This document shows positions 39,295-50,493 of a stretch of 64,000 nt of DNA, one piece after another. Within the stretch, counting starts at the first letter, position 1; every line of letters starts with the position of its first letter. The notes beneath the pieces are model-generated. The model was not told the DNA's origin and did no database searches. It worked only from the letters and a program-made list of their open reading frames with translations. A program made the position numbers and the translations under genes. Source of the DNA: Utricularia gibba (lineage: Eukaryota; Plantae; Magnoliophyta); NCBI GenBank assembly GCA_002189035.1, contig CM007989.1, positions 7,502,001 to 7,566,000 on the forward strand, in the 5' to 3' direction.

Positions 39295-39590
39295 TCAACC
39301 CACCGGTTAACCGCCTGAATGATTGAACGGGTGAACAAATAAATCATTGAACAAAAAACGGGTTGGGTGACATACAAAATCATCAAATCATTCTTATTAT
39401 TTATTTTATTTGAATGTGATGTCATTGTTATCATTTTATTTTATTATGTATATTTCATTTTCATTAATTTTATATTCATATATTGGTTTTTATTAAAAAA
39501 ATTATAATATAATTTATACAATAATATTTAAAAAATATAATTTTTTAATAAACGGGTGAGTCCACCGATCCACCCAGAACCACTACAAAA
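39295..39590. mobile_element. Possible hAT-like MITE remnant (ACCCG/CGGGT motifs around an AT-rich core)
   Basis: aaacgggt motifs at ~39356 and 39550 with cacc/accg motifs flanking an AT-rich core; termini not resolved. Confidence 0.25.
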
Positions 39591-39950
39591 ACAATCCGGA
39601 TTATATATTTGAATTGAAAACGACGGTGGCAAAGCTACTCATGATGTTATCCACATATTCCTCATCATGATGGCCATCACCAAGTGGGCTTGGAGAAGAG
39701 AGATGCCCTGCACATTCCTCAGCTATCTTATGATGATATCATGGAGTAGGATGAAGGGAAAATGCATGCATTCAGAAGCAGGGGGTTGGATAATCAATTT
39801 GTCATCCATAACCGCTCTTAATTTGAGAGAAATTGTGACATCCAGTTCTGGTTTTATCAGCAACTGGGAAACTGATGCTTAGGTGGGTGGGATACAGGAA
39901 TGTTGTTTATTGCCAAAAACAGTTGAACCGTCTTCCAATCTGGGTTTCAA

Positions 39951-41471
39951 CTATTTCTTGTCTGCAGCCGGATTCGTCTCCTCCAATAAGGTGAACATGA
40001 AGTTGCCTGAAAAGATGGCGTCTTTGTCTGGGGAAAGAGACAAGGTTCCATGTCAGGTACTGGATAAGGTTATGGAGAAATGTCCTGGGAATGAATGAGC
40101 TTCCTCTGTTACCTGTGAGAGATAGCGAAGATGCTTGAAGACGAACATACCTCGCCATTGCCTGCAAAAAAAGTTGTTGCCACAGGGCCAAGTCTGAGCG
40201 CAAATTACTGATTTTACTATCACATTGAATACAAGCACTGACGATCAAACTTGCCTGAGCAGGAAGCAGGACATGATCACCTGTTTCTGATTTTCCATCC
40301 TCGGAGAAGATATTTCTGGTGTCATTGTTAGAAACATCAAACGATCAACCAATGCAATGCCATCAAGAATTGAAAAATGAAGTTTAAAGCTGCTATGATG
40401 TTTCTGATGTCATTAACACATTAATGCACGTATAGTCTCATATCTTCTTCGCTTCCCCCATAATGAAGCTATGGGCAGACCAATACAAAACTTAGGTAAT
40501 TATATATGTGATACCTCCAGATCACCTTCTGCAACTCATCTTGTTTGCCTATAGCTTCATCATAGGCAACAATGTTCCCATAAAATATCTTCTCCAGCTC
40601 TTTCATCCATTTAGTTAGTAGCAGATTTACCTGCAGTGAGTTTCATGCTTGAAACAAGCCAGAACCTGAATAATTATTATAGACTACGTGATAATAGGGT
40701 CAGAATGATGGTCACCCCAGCTTTAGACACCCGCAATTCGAGGTCATGATTATATATCTCATACAAGTACTGACCCAACTCCACACCTTCTCTTCCTTCT
40801 TCCTTTAAACGACGCAAACAAAGCCACATATGGAGCACAAGCAACGAAAATGTTGTCTTGAATGTCTTCTCCAGACTAAAAACTAGGAAACAATGATACC
40901 ATGGTGAGATGAAAAACTGTGAAAACGAATCACATTTCCATTAATATTTCGGAAGAAAGGTATAGGCTGACCATCATATATGGCTGGGTTATCTACTTGA
41001 AAAATCACACGACGGTGAACAGCGTTCGCCCATCGAATGAACTGACTTTGTTTGCTATAGTACAGCATCAACTTAAGAATCATTCTTTTAATTCCATCGT
41101 ATTGAGGTTCTTCAAATCTGTGGGGCGAATCACTTGATAAAGCAAGTGATCGAGGCTTGGACCAAAACATCTTATTCAAGTTTACCTACAAACGCAATTT
41201 TCCGCCTCATCACAATGGGGATTTAGAAGACCAAAAAAGTCTGAAAGAAGACAATGCCCTAAAAAAACGAGTTTCATATCAGTTAGAAATCAATTACCTC
41301 TGGCTTGGCAGTTTTTGGGATCGCATTTGGCTCCTCGGAAGCAGCCACACTACTGTAACTTCGAGTGCAAAGCCCAAGCAAATCCCTCCTTCGAAATTCA
41401 CCCAATTTGTGCGAGCTGTTACCGTTGGTTAAACCTCTGAAAAGTTTCCCCGAGACCCATCTCCGTGACAT
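39951..41471 (-). CDS. Ubiquinol-cytochrome c reductase chaperone (CBP3/UQCC1 family), mitochondrial
   Basis: Arg/Ser-rich presequence MSRRWVSGKL...; NLNKMFWSKPRSLAL; KLMLYYSKQ; LVLHMWLCLRRLKEEG; KWMKELEKIFYGNIVAYD; ARYVR; ends AIFSGNFMFTLLEETNPAADKK*. Confidence 0.85.
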
Positions 41472-42097
41472 CCTCAAAAGAGTTTCTGATGTAGCAAACG
41501 AATCAAAACCAAGAAGGTCGACTCAAATAAAGAAGGAAACCGTCAACCGGACGAATTATCAAACCAAACCAAACCCTAATTGCGAAGCCCATCTGGAGAA
41601 AGGAAGAGGAACCCATCGCCACGCACATGAAATCTGATGGTTGGATTGGTGGCATCGAACTCCGCCACGTGGTTGTGATATCCAACGGCCATTATTTTTT
41701 TAATTTTTTCCATTTTCTATAATTTCAGTCATTAATTATGAATTAGCACATAATTACGTTTTAGATTGAAGGTTTAGTTAGAAGTTGTTAGCTTAAGAAA
41801 AAGCGCGATTCTGGAAATCGGGAAACTTTGTGTTTGATCAACAAAAGACGCGTTGTGTAGTCGTCACTGTACGAGGGGCCGGCGCTTCAGCGATCGTCTG
41901 TTACCCGCCACCGCCCCCCTTTTCTTTCGCTCTCACGTGCCCCCCTCCCTCGTTTTCACTTTCAAACCCCACTGACTTTTCGAAGTTCTTGGAGTGGGTT
42001 TCGCGATCTGATCTTGGTTTGTGTCATGTGGGCCTTTCTAGCATCGGGGGAGCTTTGTTGTGTGTATCAAATATGAGAAAAATGTCACTGTGAAGGT

Positions 42098-44250
42098 ATG
42101 GAGGAGAATCGTGTTTTGCCAAGCGGTGTTTGCTCGACGGAAACGGGAGACGGCGCGGTGGATGTTTACAGTTGCAATCATTCCGATGTTTTGTCGGCTG
42201 ATCATCTCGTTGTTATGGTTCACGGAATCCTTGGAAGGTTCTTTTTTTTTCTTCTACTTTAATCCCATCTTTATTTTTTTTTTGTCAATGGGTTGCTGTT
42301 GTTTGGATTATCTATCCCTGGATAAGAAAGATATACTGGTCATATATCGGATCAGTTGCCCCTGGAAGTTGGGAACTTTGCTTCTCTCCTATTTTTGTTT
42401 GTTCACTGCATTTATTTTTTTCTGCCATTTTTAATTCTGGGTGCTAAGCATTCCCAAACCTTTCCTCGTCAACTGCGTGTTATTCAAGGTCTGATATTTT
42501 CTCCTTTGCGTGCAAAACCCAATCTTGCTCAAAGCATTTTCTTGCCTTTTATGCAGTGCATTGGATTGGGAGTTTGCTGCAAACCAGTTTGTCCAGAGGC
42601 TTCCGGATAGAGTATTTGTTCATCGTATGTTTTCCTGTCAGTAGTAACTGGGAGTTACACAGCAGCAGCGTTATCCATGAATTGTAGATTTCTACTCATT
42701 TTATGGCCCTGTTATCCCCGGCTTCTTAGTTAGTATATTTCCACTTTATTTTCAGGAAGTGAACGGAATTCATTTAAACGGACCTTGGATGGTGTGGATG
42801 TAATGGGTGAACGATTGGCTGAAGAGGTTGGTTTGATGCCTTTAAAGTTTCGTTTTCCTGAAAACCAAGATGTGCAGAAGTACTCCTGCACTATGCATGT
42901 AACTTGTTTTGAGCTTCACTTCAGGTCACTGAAGTCATAAAGAGGAAGCCCAATTTAACGAAGATATCCTTCGTTGCACATTCTGTTGGTGGCCTTGTGG
43001 CAAGATATGCAATTGGGAAACTCTACCGAGCTCCAAGTGATGGAAATGGGGACAAATTGTCCACCACTGATAGTCTTCAAGAGTCCAGCAGCACGATTGC
43101 TAACCTTAAGCCCATAAACTTCATCACGGTTGCAACTCCTCATCTTGGTTCTCGAGGAAACAAGCAAGTACGCTGCTTTCTACTGGTTACAGTGAATATA
43201 TGTGAAAATATAATGGAATGTTAATACAATGTTCAGCAAAAGGGGTGAGTTTGTGCCATAAATTGTTGTATTTGGTTTGTGTTCCTACAGGTACCATTTC
43301 TTTTTGGGGTTCCTGCATTTGAGACACTTGCACGCCATGTGATTCATCTGATATTCAGAAGAACTGGTAGGCATCTTTTTCTTGTAGATAATGATAAGGG
43401 CAAGCCTCCATTACTCCTGCGCATGTTGGAAGATGATGGCGAATACTCCTTTATGTAGGATTCTTCTTACCCTTTACCACACTCTGCCTAACCTCTCAGA
43501 AATGCGTTTTCACCATTCTGCTCACCATTTCAGGTCTGCTTTACGATCTTTCAAACGAAGGGTAGCATATGCTAATGTTGGTTTTGACCGTATCCATATG
43601 ACTTACATCTCCTTTTGTTCCCCCCAATTCGCCATTCTTTTCAAGAATTTTCCTTTTTAACAAAATGTGATGTAGACATTGTGGGTTGGAGAACATCTTC
43701 AATCAGACGAAACACTGAACTGCCAAAGGTAACATACATAATGAGCATGGCGTTTTCTACCAATCCCCAGATTATCCTCCCATGATCTTCTTCTGCCTGT
43801 TTTCCTTTTTCCTGGTCGACAGTGGGAGGATTGCGTGACCGAGAAATACCCTCATGTCGTCCACGAGGAGCACTGCAAAGCAATCAACCCAGGCAAGGAT
43901 AAGGCGCCGGTTGGAGATGAATGCCTGGACGATTTCGAAGGTTTGATACATCCTCCTCCTCTCCCTGCGTACTATTTCCTGCCTGAATTCAATCACAATG
44001 AACACAGAGGAACTAGTGACCGGGCTGTCCCGTGTGCCGTGGGAGAAAGTGGATGTCAGCTTCCATGGAAGCCAGATCAAGTTCGCTGCCCACAGCATTA
44101 TTCAGGTACCTCTCCCCCCCGACTCTCTGTCTGCCCAGTTTTCGTTCCTTCATACTGAGAGGGGGGATCATGAATCAGGTGAAGGACCACCAGGCGCACT
44201 CGGAAGGAGCTGACGTGATACAACACATGATCGATCATTTTCAGTTATAG
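42098..44250 (+). CDS. DUF676 alpha/beta-hydrolase (putative lipase)
   Basis: HLVVMVHGILG; TLDGVDVMGERLAEE; ISFVAHSVGGLVARYAIG; NFITVATPHLG; RTGRHLFL; ALRSFKRRVAYANVGFD; AHSIIQVK; DVIQHMIDHF. Confidence 0.88.
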
Positions 44251-45662
44251 CAGACACAGAAGAAGCTGGAACCTAAACCCTAAACTCCCAACAAAAGCAA
44301 AAGCAAGCATACCTCATCCGGGGGCGGTTGGCTGCACACAATACCACTCCATTTTCAGCTGGTGTGTTGTTGTTGTTGTTGTGCGGATATGTGCATTCAG
44401 AGGGGGAACACTGCCACCAGCCAACAGCCATCCTCCTTAATGACATTGCTTACTATTTGTCCATATGAACCAAAATCCTCCTCACTCAGAAAACGCCGCC
44501 GACACCCTCTTCTACCAAACGTATAAAATAGTTTTGAGAATTGTTTTTCAAGAAAGTAAAATGTCACATTATAACTATGATGCACAAGTGTAGGTTCATG
44601 GATCAGTACGGGGATTTATGAAATTTAGATATATTTGTATTTAAAATAAAAATTATTATAAAAAAAATATATTTTTAAAAAATATACATAATAAAAAATA
44701 ATTAACTTGATATATAAATTTTTAAAATTTTATTATTAAAAATAAATTAAGATTTAAATATTTAAATATTATAGTAATCAATATTTAAAAGAGAAATCCA
44801 ATATTGAAAATATCAAAAATAACATTAATGAATAAGATAATTTTAATTTTTATGAAAAAAGATAATCTACACAACCACTAGTGAAATAAAAATAAATTAT
44901 AATTATAGAATTGAATGAGGTATTTAAATAATAATATTTTATATATTTTTTCTCTTTTTAATAAAAAATTATTAGATATGTGCAAATACATGAATCTGTA
45001 TATTGAGTACATGACTTTATATAAAAATAAGAGAATCTATGCACCATAGTATTATAAAGATATTTTTAAATTAAAAATAGTTCATGTTTTTTATCATTTT
45101 GTTTCAAAATAATAAAAATATATCATTAAATATGATTGTTTAAAATAATAATTACAAATTACCATATATTTGAGAGAGAAATTTGAGTGACGCCAATGTG
45201 GGGTACTCACTGGATCAAAAGAAGAAGCCCAACTAACCTTATAGAAGTCACCTTGGGATTGAAGCAGGAGGGTAAATATATTTTTACCAGACAGGGTAAA
45301 TCCCGAACAGTAGACGGGATTTACCGTTCCGTATTCGCTGTTGCTACAAGATAAAGAGGAATCCGCAATTAGATTTCCGGATAGAATTACATAATATCTT
45401 ACCCCCGTTAATATGAAGCGCAAAATATGTTTCCTGTAACAGGATTGCAATCCTAATTAATTATAAACTATGAAGTTTAATCTTATATTAACAAAGGCAA
45501 TTATGGAAGGTGCTAATACGGGAAAAAGGACTAATGAGATTTACCGTGTATTTTTATCGCTCGGATTCACACGGAAGGAGCGAGGGATGTTTGTGCTATA
45601 TATTTGGATTGCGTTGGGAGAAAGATACGTCGGCTGCGTGCAGCATTATCGAGTTGTTGTGG

Positions 45663-46833
45663 ATGTCGTCCGGCGAGTGTTGTGCTCCCTGCGGCGGAGC
45701 CTTCATGCTGTTTGGTGTGTGCATCGGCTGCGGCTCCGCGGCTATCAGGAAGAGCAAGAGCGTCGGGGATTCGCCGTCGCGCGAGTGTGGCGCGGATGCG
45801 GCGGAGTATCTGTCGGACCGATCGCGGCCGCCGTCGTTGAGATCCAAGAGTAGAAAGAAAGGTGCAGAGATCGTGATCCGGATTTCACGCACCGCACTTC
45901 CTAACGGAATTTTGATCTGCTATTGCTATTTAAATAACGTCATGTGTTGTGCGCGTGTGTTATCTAGGGGTACCTTGGTCGGAGGAGGAGCACAGAGCCT
46001 TTTTAGCGGGACTTGCGACACTTGGAAAAGGCAACTGGAAAGGCATCTCCGCGAAGTTCGTTCCTTCCAGGAATCCCACACAAGTTGCGAGTCATGCTCA
46101 GAAGTACTTCAATCGCAAGGAGGCCTTGGAGAAGAGGCAACGCCGCACCAGCATCTTCGACATTCCTCTCTGCATCAAGGATCATCACGAGCACGTCCAA
46201 GGGAGCAGCTCCACCTCCCAAACAGTGAGTAAAAAAGTGTCATGCTACCTTTCCACCACCGCAGGAATAGATCAAACCAAAGCACCTTCTCCTCCGTTGT
46301 TGCGGCAGTATCCACATCCACATCCACCACAACCCGGTGTTTTGGGCTGCAAGTGTAATGAGTCTAGCAGCATCTTGTCTAGTTGCATCCATAAGATAGA
46401 CGATTCTACTGTACAATACTGTTCACTCGAACGGATGTTTGTGCGGCCTCATGCGCTCAACTCTTCTCTCGACTAGGAAAACATGATAAATTCTTGGAAA
46501 GAACAAACCAGGGATGAGCTTTTTCGTTTCTTTTCTTCTCTGTTTCAGGCGGCGGCGGGGGCGATGGAGAGCCCTACAAAGCGTACGCACCATAGTGGTG
46601 CGACGTCGGAAGCTTACCGAACCCAAGACAAGAGACGAACTGTTAACGCTTCTGGTTTTCATGGGAAGGGCTTCATGCACCTACGACAAGAGGCTGGGAC
46701 AACATTACATGGCGCTTGGATTCCTAGCATGCACTTCACCTCGATGTCGCTCCCTGGGAATTTCGCCAAGTACCAGGATCTTATTCCCGGGTTTCGGGAT
46801 AAAATCCCAATGAGTCATCGACGGGAGGAGTAG
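45663..46833 (+). CDS. R1 MYB-related (SHAQKYF class, MYBS3/KUA1-like); 3' end uncertain
   Basis: LFGV...IRKSKS motif, AEYLSD, RKK|[44 protein letters not shown]...RRTSIFD. Stop at 46476 if unspliced, or 46833 with one more exon. Confidence 0.8.
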
Positions 46834-47146
46834 AAGAATGACACTATTATAATATCCTAATGATCATTTGATTATGTTTGATTTTAACATCTGGATGGGT
46901 CAGTATGATCAAACTTATAACCTACAGTAAGTATGGAGACTTATTCAAAGAATATTCCAGTTTTCAACACCGACACAGACACACACTGCATAAGTCAGAG
47001 ATTCTCCTGGATAAGTAAGTAGTTTAGCACACGAACATGACCGGTTCACAAAATCATGTATAGGTATGGATATATAATCCAAAGAATAGAAGATTACCAC
47101 ACGCTGAGACATCACAAAGATGCAGTGCTCACAAAATCGTGGCATT

Positions 47147-48854
47147 TTAAGAGCAGCAGCTACTCTTCTGGGCAACGGGTTGTCCACGGATTTGCACCAT
47201 TGGTGGCCTTCCAGCATTGGACTGGGGCTGGCTGGCCATCCTGCATATGTAAACTAGGTATGAGCTTATGAATGAGCAACGCCAGTCATGTGAACCATAC
47301 GGAAGGTTATTTGACATCAAGGAAATCAGGGATTTTGATGGTAAGGCTGCTTAGATTTCAGGAAAGTGGTGCAAATTTCATGGAAAGCAGATACCTGTTC
47401 TTGATGTCGGCAGTCATTGCCATGAATGCCTGTTCCACATTGAAGGCATTTTTTGCACTAGTTTCCATAAAGGGAATACCAATTTCGTCTGCAAAGGCCT
47501 TTTACACAAAGAAAAGGATGGTCGTGTCTTTCTAATGGGAAAAACACACCTACAAAACACAGGCAAACAAATCTATACCTTGGCAGTTTCATATGGAACA
47601 GCTCTATTCTCGGCAAGGTCAGACTTGTTCCCTACGAGAAGCTTGTTCACGTTATCACTGGCATATCGATCAATTTCATTGAGCCATTGTTTCACATTGT
47701 TGAAGCTCTCCTGGTCAGTTATATCGTACACTATCTGCAGGAAAACAACCTCGGCATAAATTAAAGACATAAATTACAATAAACATATCAAATAATAAAA
47801 GGGGCACTAACAATTATTCCATGTGCTCCACGGTAGTAGCTACTTGTGATCGTTCTGAATCGCTCCTGACCGGCAGTATCCCACTGCAAGCAAAATTAGG
47901 AAAAAAAAACGTTATACAAATGCTTGCCCATGTAAATAGCTGCAAACATGTTCAGTGTGTGCTGGAAAGAGTGCAAAAAATACAAACACTTCTGGTAAAA
48001 AGCAATTAGGGAATTGGAAAATCTTACAATCTGAAGCTTAATTGTCTTGCCATCCTGCTCCACCGTTCTGATTTTCTGAGATAACACAAATAGAGTGAGA
48101 CCATGATTCAATTAAATTACATCCTGGAAAAAGAGCCTTACGAAATCAACTCCGATCGTGCTGATGTAACTGTCAAGATACGAATCATCCTGCGTGAAAA
48201 AGAGCCAGAAAAATAAGGAAAAACAGAGACCACTTTTACGCGAAAGGAAACAACAAATAGAATGGGAATTTCAGCTTACGGCAAATCTCAGGAGCAGACA
48301 CGATTTGCCAACACCAGAATCTCCGATCAAAAGAAGCTTGAACAAGTAGTCACTGAACAAAAAAACCACGATACGGATTCTGTCGGGTCAGTAACAGGAA
48401 GAGAAAAACAACATCAGGAACGATGCTTGGCTACAAAATTATGTGAACTACTGAATCAACAGATCAAAGCTATTCCCACAGAACTCCCCACCGAAAGCAC
48501 ACACACGCAAGAATCCTAAACATAATTTATACGGAATCGGAATCAGATTAACACGAAAACCACAATTTCAGAGCTCGATGTGTAACAACTTCCAAAAATC
48601 AACCCTTCTAAAACCGCAGGTAGATGTCTGGTTATATTATTCGTGACTTCTCCAAAAAAAAAAAAGCCCTAGATAACCACAGAACAAAGTGCATACAACC
48701 AAATCAAGGGAGAAAATGAGCATGCGCGTCCAAGAGCATGCCAAGAAGATCCCTAAAGAACCAGATCTGAGCCCAAAGAAATAATAAACTGCAAAGCCTA
48801 GAAACTCCACGAAACTCTGGACAGGGAAAGGGAGATTTACTATTCAGAACCCAT
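47147..48854 (-). CDS. RABD2: Ras-related GTPase RAB1/RABD2
   Basis: MGSE|[25 protein letters not shown]|[16 protein letters not shown]|[16 protein letters not shown]|[24 protein letters not shown]|...VGNKSDL...ETSAK...QKSSCCS*. Confidence 0.95.
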
Positions 48855-49111
48855 GTTTGGAGCAATGAATCAACGTTTCCGCCAGCCGTGGATCACTGGA
48901 GACAGGCGATCTCGGACGGAGGTTTTGTCCTTTGACGGGGTTATCGCAGTTCCCAGGAAGACGATGCTTGGCGCCTGTATCTTTACGCGGAACCCCATCT
49001 ACTTTTATTTATTTACATACAAGTCCACCAACATCAGTAAACCGTTATGTTAACGTTGACCAGTTCCGTTTGTTAACGGAGTTTCATGACTAAACCCCGT
49101 GGAAATTGTAA

Positions 49112-49591
49112 TTACGGTGAAGCGATTTCGCGACCGCCTGTTCCCCATCCCCTAGCATTCCCGGAGAAGAGAGTCGCCGCAGATGCAGTCGTCATCTTCT
49201 CGCCGGCGGCGTGGGTGGCGCCATGGGTGTCGAGGTCACTGTCGACTCCCATCCCTTCCACCTTCCCCCCATGGGCTCGCCTCCCACATCAACATCTACG
49301 GCGATAAGATCAGATCAGGCATTGCCGTAGTCGGCCGTAAAACCAGGGAGGGGCGGTACCGAGATTGGAGAAGAAGCAGAGGACGAGGTAACAGAGGAGA
49401 ATGACCAGCGGTATGACATGAACAGCGTTCTCGGCGAACTTGAATGTGGCATTGTTTGCCTGCGGCTTCTCGTACATGGGCAGGAATTCCCTCTCAGTTT
49501 CCGACAGCCCCCGGAACGCCGCTGTCGCCGACATTGGTGAATAATAGCCGGCCTGATCGTCGAACCTGCCGCCGCTTCCCGTCCGATGCAT
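49112..49591 (-). CDS. Small plant-specific single-pass membrane protein, 2 exons (possible -1 frameshift in exon 2)
   Basis: MHRTGS...LPMYE...KFAENAVHVIPLVILLCYLVLCFFSN|DVD resembles a recalled uncharacterised plant family; intron tctcg|gtacc...ccgtag|atg. Confidence 0.65.
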
Positions 49592-50493
49592 GATGATGGA
49601 TCCGACCCGCCTTGGCTTAGGCTCTTTGCTTCCATCAAATCAACCATCGGCTATAACGACAGCCCCAGCAACCAACTGTCTATAATTGGATTGGAAACTA
49701 TTTACCACTTGGTTGAAAACTATTTACCATGTGGAGGGGAATTAGTTACGAATATTTACTGTATCAAACATTTTTTTATATGCATTGTTTAAATATTTGA
49801 TCATAATATTTTAAAATTGAGTATATTGAATTTCTATTATTTAAACAGTAATACTTGATGTATCCCTCCAATTCTTTTTTTTTGGAAAAAAATTCACTTT
49901 AAACACTAATAATATAAACCAAAACTATACCTCACACATGATCAATTTTATCTTTTTTTTTTTGAATGAGGTTAGAGTTTTATTAAAAAATTATCTATAA
50001 ACATTTTATAAATGTTACATAAATTTACATTTAAATTTTAAATATTTTTTAATTTGTCATATAATCTCTTATTATCTACACATTACACGTCCCGTTTTTA
50101 CATTTACAACATACCAAATTTTTTATTTCAACTTCAAATTACGATCCAGAAATATTATCAAAATTTAGATTTATACAACTACAATGATCGATGAACATAA
50201 ACTTAAAAAAATGTAAATCATTAATAAATAAAGAGATAACAACTTCATGATGAACATCGCAATTAAAAATTATTCATGCTTTTTGTATTGTAATATTATT
50301 ATTAATTAAAAAGCTGATCACCTGGCACCTGAGATGAGCAACAGTCCAATTCAACTATATTCAATTCTTTTAATATGCCTACCATGGGACAATACGTTCG
50401 GTAGCACACGAGACCGCCAAAAAATGGTCTCGGACGTCCCATTGGTGTCATAACAATGCAACCAGGCAAACTAACAATGTCAATCTTCAACTT

